64,000 bases of DNA from Octopus vulgaris (taxonomy: Eukaryota). The notes under the pieces are model-generated. The model was not told where the DNA came from. It did not search any database and saw only the letters and a list, made by a program, of their open reading frames with translations. Made by a program: the position numbers and the translations under genes. The stretch covers positions 29,202,001 through 29,266,000 of the forward strand of contig OX597836.1 in the NCBI GenBank assembly GCA_951406725.2, written 5' to 3'. Of the stretch, positions 47,759 to 60,640 are shown piece by piece; position 1 is the stretch's first letter, and every line of letters begins with the position of its first letter.

Positions 47759-49333
47759 TTACTATCAGGCCAACATCAGCCTCTTTGGAGTGTGTTTCTT
47801 CCTTATCTAGTAATGCTTGTTCTATAACAAACAAGATGAGACAGTTTTGTTTATGTATTTATTTGACGCATAACAAAACAGTTCATACAGGAGAGAAACC
47901 ATTCAACCTTCTTTAAATTATGTTGGTTTTATTCTTGTACTTAATACTTCCTAGTCCTGTATCCTTTTAGCATTTATACTGGCTATATTTGGCCCAAATA
48001 TTCTACCTGTTTTAAGTTGAAACTGACCAAATTCAGCCTCTCACACCCACCCTATTCTAAAAATAAACACATCATCGATATCTCAATGCTATGAGATAAT
48101 GCATGATTAATTATAAATATTATTAATAAGCAAGTATTACATTTGACAGTGATCAGAATGCTAAAGGGTTAAAATGCTAAATATCCTACAAGCTATTTTA
48201 CCAAAAATAATCGTTTTCTCTTCATTTAATTTTCAGAGGCACAGGAGTGGCTGTGTGGTAAGTAGCTTGCTTACCAACCACACGGTTCCGGGTTCAGTCC
48301 CACTGCATGGCACCTTGGGCAAGTGTCTTCTACTATAGCCTCGGGCCGACCAAAGCCTTGTGAGTGGATTTGGTAGATGGAAACTGAAAGAAGCCCATCG
48401 TATATATGTATGTATGTGTGTGTGTATATGTTTGTGTGTCTGTGTTTGTCCCCCCAACATCGCTTGACAACTGATGCTGGTGTGTTTACGTCCCCGTAAC
48501 TTAGCTGTTTGGCAAAAGAGACCAATAGAATAAGTACAAGGCTTACAAAGAATAAGTCCTGGGATCGATTTGCTCAGAGACCAACAACAGTTTTTGTGCT
48601 TTATATATTGTGAAATCTGTTGCTTAAATTGAATTAAAACCTCCATGATTGACTTTTACTAATTTCTTTCTAATCTGTCCTAAGAAATGAAGACGATCAA
48701 TATTTCACTTTATTTTATCTTGAATTAATTTTATTTCAGTTTCCTTAATTAAAAAAAGGAATTAATTTGCCTTTTCTTTGATTTTTTTTTTTTTTTTTTT
48801 TGTTTTTCAAAATATCAAAAATCTTTGATTCTGTATAGATAACCAGGTATATTCAAATGCACTTGAATATTTTCCCCATCTCTTTACACAATTCTTGAAA
48901 TAATGAGCAGTAGTCTCTGATTAGCCCTTTCATTAGCATATTTCTACTGAAATATACTGCCTCTGTTTAAATTAGGTTTGAAAAAAGTGAAGAATTTAGT
49001 AATAAGTTTTTGATTTAGATCACTTAAAAACTAGAAGTTTGTATCAAGCACCAGGAATGGTCACAAGTGGATTGGTATAAAAAGTGGCTGAACCGTTAGT
49101 GATCTCACTTGAAATCAATAACCAATACCACATGATTGCCTTTATATTAATGTAGATACTTTAGGCTCCATGTCTGTGTAAGCAATCAACTCATTTTTCT
49201 AAAGTAAGGTGCAAGTATGTGTGTGTGGTAAGAAGTTTACTTCACAAACACATGGTTCTGAGTTCAGTCTATTATAGCCTTGGGCTGACCAAAGTCTTGT
49301 GAGTGGATTTAGTAGATGAAAACTGAAAGAAGC

Positions 49334-49368
<35 letters not shown>

Positions 49369-49479
49369 GGTCTGCTCGCTTAGCCAATGGGGTGGCGTCA
49401 TTTGAAGGCTAAAACAATGCAAACCGCTTTGTGACCAGCGATGTGTAGCAACATCTGATAGCCTGGTCGGTCACGGTGA
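49369..49479 (+). mobile_element. 111-bp element inside (TA)n
   Basis: Near-identical to 63294-63404 with the same boundaries. Confidence 0.75.
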
Positions 49480-49493
49480 TATATATATGTATG

Positions 49494-49526
<33 letters not shown>

Positions 49527-50525
49527 GTATATATACACACACACGTATAATTGTATGTATGTTTTTGTGTCTGTGTTTCCCACCACTACTTGACAACTGG
49601 TGTTGGTGCGTTTATGTCCCCATAAATTAGTGGTTCAGCAAAAGAGCCTGATAAAATAAATACCAGGTTTTTAAAAAAAATAACAAGTACTGGAGTCGAT
49701 TCGTTGGACTAAAATTCTTTAAAGTGGTGCCCCAGCATGGCCACGGTCTAATGACTGAAACAGATAAAAAAAAATAAGCCTGATAAGTGTTGTAGAATGA
49801 GAGAGGATCTCCCCAAAAGCTTAGGCCACCAATACTGTTTCACACATAGCTGAGGCCATTACATTTCACATGTGCTACTACTGTCCCTTTAGAATGCCAT
49901 GACAACTGTCCCTCATTCTCAAATCCAGTCATGGCAAAATTGGCCTGTGGGACTTTCTGAATGGCATACCTAAACAAGAAATGGTTTTGAAATTTTTTAG
50001 TACTTTGATTATGGTCCATGTCTCATGTAGCTTGTTTCTCGAAAAAGAATTGCCCGTGCCTGCTTTAACCTAAAAGGCCTGCATTTTCTTGTCTTCTGTC
50101 ATTTAAAATAGCAAGCCGGTTCTTTAGGGGTATGTTCTCCAAAATATATTAACATTTGCCCAGTTTTATAAATAATATTGATCTTGATATTTAATAACTC
50201 AATCTCAGTTTTCTTTTCCGTTGAGGTCTCCAGCAGAAAGAAATTTCTTTTGATTCCTCTCCTGATTGATTAAAGATATAATTTGTAAAAAAAAGAACCA
50301 AAAAAAAAAAACCAAAGAAAACCAGTTTCAATAAGGCTTTAACTTCAAAAAAACTTTTTTTATTATGTGTATATATATTATTTACATATATGTAAATAAA
50401 CCACCCAGATAAACCTGGATCAATATTTTTCAGTCTTTAGATGTTGTTTTGTTGCTATTAACTTTGCCTCTTATTTATTTATGTATTTATTTTTATTTTT
50501 ATTATTATTATTATTATTATTATTA

Positions 50526-51480
50526 AGGTGGCAGACTGTCAGAATCATTAGCTTGCCAGACAAAATGCTTATCAACACTTCTTCCAGCTTTACATTCTGA
50601 GTTCAAATTTTGCCATGGTCAACTTTGCCTCTCATCCTTTTTGGGGGTTGATAAAATAAGTACCAGTCAAATATTGGGATCTATGTAACCAACTAAACCC
50701 TTCCCTTCAAATTTCAGGCCTTGTGCCTATATTAGAAAGAAATATAATGATAATAATCCTTTCTACTATAGGCACAAGGCCTGAAATTTTTTTTTTTTTT
50801 TTGATGGGGGACCAGTCGATTACATTGACCCCAGTGTTTCCCTGGTACTTAATTTATTAAGTGTGAAAGGTAAAGTTGACACCAGTGGAATTTGAACTCA
50901 GAATGTAGCAACAGATGAAATGCTGTTAAGCATTTCACCCAGCGTGCTAACGGCTCTGCCAGCTCACCGCCTTAATAATAATGATAATAATAATAATAAT
51001 GATGATTATTATTATTATTATTATTATTATTAAGGCAGTGAGCTGGCAGAATCATTAGAATGCCAGGCGAAATGCTTAACAGTATTTCGCCCATCACTAT
51101 GTCTTGAGTTCAAATTCCTCTGAGGTTGACTTTGCCTTTCAGCCTGATAGGGTCAATAAATTAAGTACCGGCCATGTACTGGGGTCAATGTAATTGACTT
51201 GTCCCTTCCCCCATAATTTCTGGCCTTGTGCCTATAGTAGAAAGGATTATTATTATTAAGGTGATACGGTAGCAGAATTGCTAACATAGCCGACAAAATG
51301 CTTGCCAGCATTTCTTCTAGACCGTTATGTCCTAAGTTCAAATTCTGCTGGGGTTGATTTTACCTTTCGTACTATCAGAGTTGATAAAACAAATACCAGT
51401 TAGTTGAACACTGGAGGTCTATGTAATCAACTAACCCCCTCCTTCAAAAATTGCTGGCCTAGCGCCTATAGTAGAAATTC
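50526..51480. mobile_element. Cluster of four family B SINEs (+,-,+,+) linked by (TTA)n/(TAA)n
   Basis: Copies at about 50526-50740, 50755-50972 (minus), 51032-51245 and 51258-51475. Confidence 0.8.
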
Positions 51481-51563
51481 TTGGGTCGATGTAATCAATA
51501 TCAACTACCTGCCTCCCTCAAAATTTTCTGAGCTTGTTCCAAAACAAGAGAGGATAGTTATTA

Positions 51564-52228
51564 CAGGTTGTCATCGACTTATGACCCATCCGACTTACGA
51601 CGATCGGCACACCAGCTCCCGGCAGCAATAAGAAATAGTCCATTTGAAACTTAATGGGTTTAATTTCTTAGAAATTAACTCATCTACAGATGATATCAAC
51701 TAAAATGCTTATCGATTGCCACTGTGGTTATCCTGAGGTAGTGAGCTGGCAGAATCATTAGCACGCTGGGCAAAATGCTTAGCAGTATTTCTTCTGTCCT
51801 TACATTCTGGGTTCAAATTCCGCCAAGGTCGACTTTGCTTTTCATCCTTTCAGGGTCAATTAAATAAGTACCAGTTACACACTGGGGTCAATATAATTGA
51901 CTTAATCCATTTGTCTGTCCATGTTTAGCCCCTTGTGGGTAGTAAAGAAATAGGTTATCCTGAGTGTTGGATGAATGTCCTGTCGTGGAGACATCAAGAC
52001 AACCTCGTATTTGTTTATACGACAACTACTTGAGACTCCAAAATTTTTGAATAACGCCAGTATAATAGTATTATACAGAATGCTGTGTGTGATTTTTACT
52101 TGAGAATGTACCTTAAGAATGTAAAAATATAAAAAATATAAGTCGGACTATAGGCCTGTGTAGGCCTATAGTCCAACTTACAACTGGTTAGTCGGAACCA
52201 ATTGTGGTCATAAGTCGACGACAACCTG
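51564..52228. mobile_element. Tigger/pogo-type MITE with nested SINE B
   Basis: TA|caggttgtcatcgacttatgacc...ggtcataagtcgacgacaacctg|TA; the inner SINE (51738-51952) is flanked by the 12-bp TSD ggttatcctgag. Confidence 0.85.
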
Positions 52229-52905
52229 TATTTTCTTTTTATTTTTTCCTTCATTTCCCAAAAGATTTAGTCTTTAAAAATTGATTTGTATAACTCATTG
52301 TGTATATCTTTTGTCAAATTTATTCAAAATATTCTTTTAAATAATATGCTGATGGGAGACAATAGGATGGAGAAAAAAAACAACAACAACAAAACAATCT
52401 CTTTTCTTACAACATTGTTGAATCATCATCTGACTTACTTTTCTCATCTTCAAATTGACATATCAGATTGCTTCTCCGAGATTTGATCGATTTGACTCTT
52501 GGTTTATTAATGTCTAACTCTTGATACTTAAAAATTGAAATATTCATTCATTCTTATGACATTCACAATGTTTTCCCTAAACTTTTCACTTCAGTAAAAA
52601 AAGAAAAAGAAATAATAATTAAAAAATGAATAACTGAAAAAAAACAAAAACAACCAAAATACAAAATATTTCACAAAATAATTTGGAGATTTTTGGGATA
52701 TCAATTTCCAGAAATTTCTTTCATAAAGTCAGAAATAAAAGACAAAAGCAAAAAAGAAAAAAATTAATAAATAATCAAAATAAATAGATCAGAAAAAAAA
52801 GGAGCCTGAAAAACAAGTTGTTACTTTAATTTTTAATGAGATGATTTGGATTTTTTTCTTTTTTGGAATAATAAAAAAATGATCTTTTTATTTGATAAGA
52901 TATAC

Positions 52906-53304
52906 TTTACTTTACTTTACTTTTTTACTTGTTTCAGTCATTTGACTGCGGCCATGCTGGAGCACCGCCTTTAGTCGAGCAAATCGACCTCGGGACTTAT
53001 TCTTTGTAAGCCCAGTACTTATTCTATCGGTTTCTTTTGCCGAACCGCTAAGTTACGGGGATGTAAACACACCAGCATCGGTTGTCAAGCAATGCTAGGG
53101 GGACAAACACAGACACACAAACACATACATATACATATAAACGACAGGCTTCTTTCAGTTTCCGTCTACCAAATCCACTCACAAGGCATTGGTCGGCCCG
53201 GGGCTATAGCAGAAGACACTTGCCCAAGATGTCACGCAGTGGGACTGAACCTGGAACCATGTGGTTGTTTAGCAAGCTACTTACCACACAGCCACTCCTG
53301 CGCC
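52906..53304 (-). mobile_element. SINE family A
   Basis: Full-length reverse-complement match to 18787-19198. Confidence 0.85.
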
Positions 53305-53653
53305 TATCTAAAAGTGGACTTGAATTGTTTATGGAATTTTGGGTTGGAGGCATTATAATTAGAAAATCCAACTGAAAATGGAAGCATTATTTGCTTTTAG
53401 TCTGCTGTTACGTTCTAAGTTCAAATTCTGTCGAGGTCAACTTTGCCTTTCATTCTTTCGGAGTCGATAAATTAAGTACCAGTTGAGTACTGGGGTCGAT
53501 GTTATCGACTATCCCCCTTCCTAAAATTCCAGGCCTTGTGCCTATAGTAGAAAAGATTATTTGCTTTGAGTAGTGTCTGGTTTCTGAAAATCAACTCTCA
53601 AATTACATAAAATTAGCAAATAAAAACCAGGAAACTAGTAGTGTTATCATCAT

Positions 53654-53685
<32 letters not shown>

Positions 53686-56039
53686 TCAACAACAGCATCA
53701 TTGATCAATGTCTGCTTTTCCATTCTTTAATGGATTGAATGGAATTATTGAGACAGATTTTTGTGTGGTTGGCTTCCCTTGCTTCCTTTCAAATAAAGAG
53801 CAATATTTCCCCTTAACCCAGATATGCGTTTGTAAAATATTGGAAAGGCATGGCTGTGTGGTTAGGGAGCTTGCTTCCTAGCTATATGGTTTCGGGTTCA
53901 GTCCCACTGCGTGGCACTTTGGGTGGGTGTCTTCCACTATAGCCCCGAGCCGACCGGAGCTTTGTGATTGAATTCGGTAGGTGGAAGTTACTGCCGTGTG
54001 TGTATGTGTGCGTATAGCTGCTCAGTGCCTCTCCGAAAGAGAGAGAGGGGATGATATTCATAGCTGCAGGCATGGCTGTGTAGTAAGAAGTTTGCTTTCC
54101 AACCACATGGTTCTGAGTTCAGTCTCACTGTATGACAACTCGGGCAAGTGTCTTCCACTATAGTCCTAGGCCAATTGAAATCTTGTGAGTGACGGATTTG
54201 GTAAATGGAAACTGAAAGAAACGCATCATATATACGTGTGTATGTGTCTATGTTTGTTGCCCACTACCACTTGACAACCAGTGTTGGTCTGTTTACATCC
54301 CTGCAACTTAATGGTTTGACAAAAGAGACCAATGAAATAAACATCAGTCTTTAAAAACTTTGTTTATGGAATTTTGACTTGGTGGTAATACAGTTAGAAA
54401 ACCTGGCTGAAAATGGAAGCCATATTTGCTTTTAGTAGTGTCTGGTTTCTGAAAATCAACTTTAAAAATATTAGGGTGGATTCATTCAACTTAAAACATT
54501 TCAAGGCAGTGCTCCAGAATGGTTGCAATTTAATTACTAAAATAAGTAAATGGCAAAAGATATAATGCCCCCACCTCTATAGCTAGGCCCCTGTTTCTGT
54601 CTCTGTCACACTCTAACCTTTCATCATCTGACACCAGATCACCTCCAATGTCCCCTTTGTTATAGCAAGATACCTGTTCTGTGTCTCTGTCACACTCTAA
54701 TCTTTCAGCATCTGATGCAAGGTCCCCTCCTCTAATGCCCCTCCCCTCTCAAAATTCCTTGTCTTGCACAAGGCTATAGTAAAAGATACTTGCCCAAGAT
54801 ACCATGTAGTGGGACTGAACCTGAAACCATGTAGTTGGGAAGCAAACGTCTCTACCACACAGCCATGCCAGTTCTGTACTAGTAAAACTTATTTAGGAAA
54901 GCTCAAAGTTATGATAATTTTGTATTCTTGGTAAAATAATACTGTTTTTAAATGGTTATAATATCACTGAGAATGTGTGTCTATTGAAGAACTTCACTGG
55001 AAACATCAGGATTCTTGTCACCACATAACTAAGAAACTTTACATAAAATCGTGACGTATATTTGCCATATAAATATGGCTCACCACTAAGGGTGGATGCT
55101 ACTGTAGTTTGTAGCCCCAGGAGGACACCTCCTCCAGCTGGCCATAGACACACTTTCTGTGCCCTATCAGTATTTGCAAAGGGAAGCCATCCTTCCCGTC
55201 TTCAACTTATGATACACACGGACTCAAGTTTCTGAGTATTGACCCGTCATCGGTCACGATGTGTTGTAGCTGCTGTTTATAACACGTTCTGAGATTTATT
55301 ATTTAGATAAAATGTTATATTTCTATTTCCTATGAAATTTTAGAACCCATCTCAGTTAAGCAGCGATGACTTTTGGTGTAAAAATTAACTGTCTTGATTG
55401 GTTCTACAAATCACTTTTTGAAGCCATGATTAATAACAGGTTTTCTAGCATGCAAGTTAAATTTCTCAGATCCAGATCTACAACCAAAAGAAAAGGTAGG
55501 TTGATACACACACCAGGACAACTTTGGGGTGAAATGCAGCAGGATTTGGAAAGATAATGATGATGTTTGAATGTTTGTTCTACATGTTTATACTATATAC
55601 AACTTGTATGTCATAAAGCACAATACATATGCATGAGCACTTGAAGGAAATCTATTAAGTTGCTAGATCTATTAGAAATACCGGCTAAATCTTTTTCAAA
55701 TGGCACCCTTCAATTGTATTTATGTACATACCATGCTTTCTGGCATACAGGTTGAATTTCTCGGGCCAAAAAAGAGTAGGTTGACTTATCCACCGAGGAG
55801 GACCAAAAATTCCATGTGAAATATTGCAGCAGGATTTGGGAAGATAGTGACAATGCTTGACTGTTTGCACCATATATTTACACTGTATATATATATAGAC
55901 TTGAATACTGGAATGTGTGGTATTTCATCTGATAATGATATCAAGTTATTCAAGTCAAGAACTACAAATTGATATCTTGGTGGATTTCATTGTTCTATAA
56001 TCTTTTTTGTTTTACTTGCTTCAGTCATTATAAAATCTC

Positions 56040-56084
<45 letters not shown>

Positions 56085-56476
56085 ATATATATATATACAC
56101 ACACATATATAATATGTATATACACACATATATATATATATACACATATATATACATGTATACATATATATACATACACACACACACATATATATATACA
56201 TATATACAACTCAAAATTTATTCTTTCTGTGTGACCCAAAACCAAATGATTCAAGGCCCAGTGGTTAGGGATCCTTGTTTAAATTACCATTTGTTGTGTA
56301 ACATCAATTCTGCCCTGATCCAGCAAACCTGTGAACAAAGTCATTTCACCCTGTTTTTTTTTTTGTTTTTTTTTTTCAGACATAGTTAATTGGAATGGCA
56401 TTATGTCTTCCTTAAGGATCTGATTGGAGGAAGTTTTGACTACTATTTCTAGCAGATTGAGTAACTGTATAGAGCA

Positions 56477-56619
56477 GACATGGGCAAACTGTAGCTGATG
56501 GAACTTTCTGATTGGCATGTCTAATGAAAAATTATCTTCAATATCTTTAGTCGTGCAGTCTATCTGATGCTGAGCCATGTCCCAAACGGCCCAGTTCTTG
56601 TAAAAGTTGCCCATGCCTA
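56477..56619. mobile_element. hAT-type MITE
   Basis: cagacatgggcaa...ttgcccatgccta with imperfect 8-bp flanks gtatagag/gtataggc; relatives at about 45143-45306 and 49926-50062. Confidence 0.55.
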
Positions 56620-57076
56620 GTATAGGCTAGTGTTTTTCAGTGTTTTTGTTGCCCTTCCTACCTTGATTTACCCCAGCAAAGAAAATATAAACCTCACAAT
56701 ACCCTTAGCTAATGTCTCTGACACTCTGATTGCAAAACACTGGCATTGAGGATTTTTGGAAGGTTAGTAAACTCTATATTATAGGTTTGCTACTAATCCA
56801 GATCAAAGCAGTACCACAATATGTGGTACTACTCTGATTCTGATTAGTAGCACCTGTTAGAGTGCCTGCTATCGGTTAATTAGCATTTTATAGGATAAAC
56901 TTCAAGCACAAACCCCCACCGCCTTGTGAGTACCTGGGGAAAGGAAAAGGCTAGGGAAGTCAATCTCAACAGCAAATCAAAGAATGGAGTCCCTCAGGTG
57001 ATTTGGTGCTCTCTTTGGCACCATTCTAGCAACTCCAGGGAAGGCAGAACTCTCCAGCCCTGTAAAGTAATTCACC

Positions 57077-57310
57077 TATTTCTTTACTACCCACAAGGGG
57101 CTAAACACAGAGGGAACAAACAAGGACAGACAAATGGAATAAATCGATTACATCAACCCCAGTGCGTAACTGGTACTTAATTTATCGACCCCGAAAGGAT
57201 GAAAGACAAAGTCGACCTCAGCGGAATTTGAACTCAGAACGTAACGGCAGATGAAATACGGCTACGCATTTCGCCCGGCGTGCTAACGTTTCTGCCAGCT
57301 CGCCGCCTTA
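57077..57310 (-). mobile_element. SINE family B, full length with TSD
   Basis: 14-bp TSD taaagtaattcacc (57063-57076 and 57311-57324). Confidence 0.9.
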
Positions 57311-58089
57311 TAAAGTAATTCACCGTGGAGAAGGCCACTCCAGTGTAAAACCAACAGCTTACTGGTCACTGCAGCTGTCTTAGACCACTGAGCCACTGTT
57401 GTCAGACATCCCAGTCTAAAGTCTGGGGGTGGATTGCACAGACTGACTCACACTTTAAAACTACTATGTACAGGCTACAAGAAAAACTCTGCAGTATCAA
57501 GGACCGGTTTGTGCAGATACTAAAGGGTATGCCACCCTGCAGCCATACTGGAGAACTGCCTTGAAGGGTTTAGCCAAACAAAACAACTCCATTACTTTTC
57601 TGGGTTTTTTTTTTTTTTTTTGTTAAAGCTTGATACTGATTCTGTTGATCTTTCTGGCTGAACCACTCAGTACAATGATGCAAACAAACCAACACTGGTT
57701 GTCAAACGGTGGTGGACGACAAACATAACACAAACACATACATAGACATATACATACACATATTACATACACACACACGCATACACATGTATGTATATAT
57801 CTCTGTGTGTGCGTGTGTGTGTTTGTCCCCACCACCATTGGATAGCTACTGTTGGTTTGTTTACATCAATGTAACTTAGTGGTTCAACAAAAGAAGCCGA
57901 CAAAATAAGTACGAGGCTTTGAAAAAAGTACTAAATTCTTCAAGGCAGTGCTCCAGCCCAATGACTCAAACAGGTAAAGATATAAAAGGCTTCATAAAAG
58001 TAAAAGCTTCATCAAAATTCCCTTTTCCCTTTTTTTAATACAAACATAAACTAAATGTCTCTCTCCTTCACATCTGTCAGACGAATTAG

Positions 58090-58879
58090 ATGTATGCAGG
58101 TATGGATGTATGTATATATGTATGTGTATGTATGAATGTGTATTTGTGTGTGTATGTATATATGTATGTGTGTATGAATGTATATGTATGTGTGTGTGTA
58201 TGTATGTATATACGTATGTGTGTGTATGAATGTATATGTGTGTATGTAAGTATGTATATATATATGTGTGTATGAATGTATATGTATGTGTGTATGTATG
58301 TATACATGTATGAATGTATATGTATGTGTGTGTGCGTATGTATGTGTGTGTATGCATGTGTGGGTGTATGTATGAGTTTATGTATGTATGTGTATGTACG
58401 TATCTGTGTATGTGTCCGTATGTATGCATGTATGAGTGTATATATGTGTGTATAAATGTAATTATGTATGAGTGTATGTATGAATGTATGTATGTGTGTG
58501 TGTATAAATGTACGTGTGCATGAGTGTATTTATGTACGTGCGTATATGAGTGTATGTATGTATGTATGTGCATGTTTGTGTACGAATGTAGATATGTGCA
58601 TGTATATACGTATGTATGTGTGTTTATGTCTATGTAGTTACACACGTATGTGTATGTCTGTATGTACGTAAGTATGTACATCTGTACGTACGTATATATG
58701 CATGTACGCCAGTATCACATATGTACATATGAATGTATGTACGTGCATATGTATGGCTAAATAAATGTACGCATGTACGAATATATGTATGTGTGTAAGT
58801 AAGTGCACGCTTGTGAGTGTGTGTAAGTGCGTGCGCGTATGTGTGTGTGTTTGGGTGTGTGTATGTGTTACAAGATGCG

Positions 58880-58935
<56 letters not shown>
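58090..58935. repeat. Degenerate (TATG/TG/TA)n low-complexity tract
   Basis: Directly visible; it generates the His/Thr/Tyr-rich pseudo-ORFs in the track. Confidence 0.95.
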
Positions 58936-58936
<1 letters not shown>

Positions 58937-58959
58937 CAATGTTGACTGTGAGAGTTATC

Positions 58960-59389
58960 CGTTCAAGCAACTGGGTCTCTCTTCTTTTAACCGTAAGATG
59001 GCGTTGTACAACGCAATGTACAAATGTCGATTAAATATTTCGCTTTTCTCTCTCGTTTTCAAATGACTCGATCGGAATAGAGAGAGAGGAAAGAAAGACA
59101 GGCTGAGAGAGAGACAGAGAGAGAGATAATCGGAGTTTTTCCTGAAGTAAATATCAACGAGATAAGAAGTAACACACATGAAAATATCTCTCTCTATGTG
59201 TCTATTAGATTTCGTGGATTGTGGTAGTAGAGACATAATTTCTGTTCCATGAAAGACTGTGCAGAACTCATTGATAAAACTTAGGTCAACTGGCCGCAGT
59301 TTTATTCTCCATAAATACTGGATTAATTTTTTATTATATATTGATTGCTCAGTCTTTTAATATCCGAATCGTCGATTTTTCGAGGAAAG
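58960..59389 (+). promoter_or_regulatory. Probable promoter and non-coding first exon of a downstream gene
   Basis: Unique, CpG-enriched island between repeats, with YY1-like AAGATGGCG at 58995-59003, a GA-rich tract, and an AAG|gtaaat donor at 59390. Confidence 0.35.
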
Positions 59390-59599
59390 GTAAATATTCG
59401 CCGCAACTAATGTTTTAATTATTTTCTCTGTTTGTTTTTACTTAATAATTTATCTTAATATGACTTTTTTTTTCCCCCCATCAGATTTCTTTTAAATGTT
59501 CACTCAAACTTTATATTGACATTTTCTCGTAGTTTTTTTTTTCCCTTTCTTCTATAAATAACAAATAACAGTCCACTAATTAAACGAGGGTGTGAGAAT

Positions 59600-60640
59600 G
59601 TCCAAGCGATGCTCGATCTCTTAGAAATAAGAGTCAAATTTCCTCTAGTCTACCCTATGCCACCTTTAAAAATGGAAGGATAATGTAGTTCCAGATATAC
59701 AAAAAAGATGGAATGGTCACGGCTGGAACGTCTTTAATCATAGGTCTGCTTGATGAGGGTTCCTCTGTATTTAAACAACTACAACGACAAACTAACAAGG
59801 AAACTTCTACGTGGTGTGCCCGATCTGCTAAAAACAGCAGCCAACTCGCACCCTAACATTTTTTTTTAAAGGAACTATGCACCGGATAATATGACTCGAA
59901 ATATATTGTCTCATAAAAGGTGGGATGGTCATGGATTGAACGCCTTTTGCCGTAGGTCTGCTCAATCAGTGTTCACCTAGGGCAAAGCAACAACAAGGGA
60001 ATCTCTACGTGGTATGTTCAATCTGCTAGAAATAGCAACCAAATCTCCCTTCAAATCACATCATTTACTCTATCGCCTTTAAAATGGAAGGACACATTAG
60101 ATAATGTAGTTCTTGCAGTGCAAATAAATATACACATGATCATAACTAGAATGTCGTTCGTCATAAATTCTGCTCGATTCGGTCGCGGGCCATGGGCTAC
60201 ACAATAACGATCGCTATTAATTTGATATTAATTAGTTCTGCATAACTAGTTATCTTGTTTCTTGTCTATTTTTAAAGAATTTCTTCAATGACGCATAATT
60301 ACATCGGAATTTCATCTCATGTTTTGTATGAGGTACTTTGTTGTACAAAGTGATTTATTTATGATAATCGATTATAATTGTGTACACTATTAATGTAAAT
60401 ATATATTATCGAACCAACGAGGGAACCGCCTGACATCAATCGCTCGGTCTGCTAGAAATAGCAACCGATTTACCCTCAAATCACATTTAAAATGGTATCT
60501 GGTGATTACATTTTATAATGTAGAATTAGTTACACGTTGTTTAGAGGGGGGGACCCATTTAAATAGATGGATTGGTCATAGATGGAATGATTTTGGTTAC
60601 GTCTTGATCATAAGACTTGAGTGTGAAACCACAATAACAA
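59600..60640 (+). repeat. Head-to-tail array of an approximately 200-bp interspersed repeat with (AAC)n tail
   Basis: Units with ctgctagaaatagca.ccaaat...gataatgtag...atggtca.ggctggaa..ggtctgct start near 59600, 59795, 59997 and 60420; minus-strand copies at about 29500-29830 and 61530-62420. Confidence 0.65.

Noticed and set aside
47810-47905. HTGEKPF C2H2 linker
   Set aside because: It is a single linker without a proper CxxC...HxxxH finger or splice context; at most a tiny zinc-finger relic.
57992-58681. 229-aa His/Thr/Tyr-rich ORF and similar ORFs at 2849-3378, 28184-28742 and 56039-56389
   Set aside because: These are translations of TA/TG/TATG microsatellites, which lack stop codons by composition.
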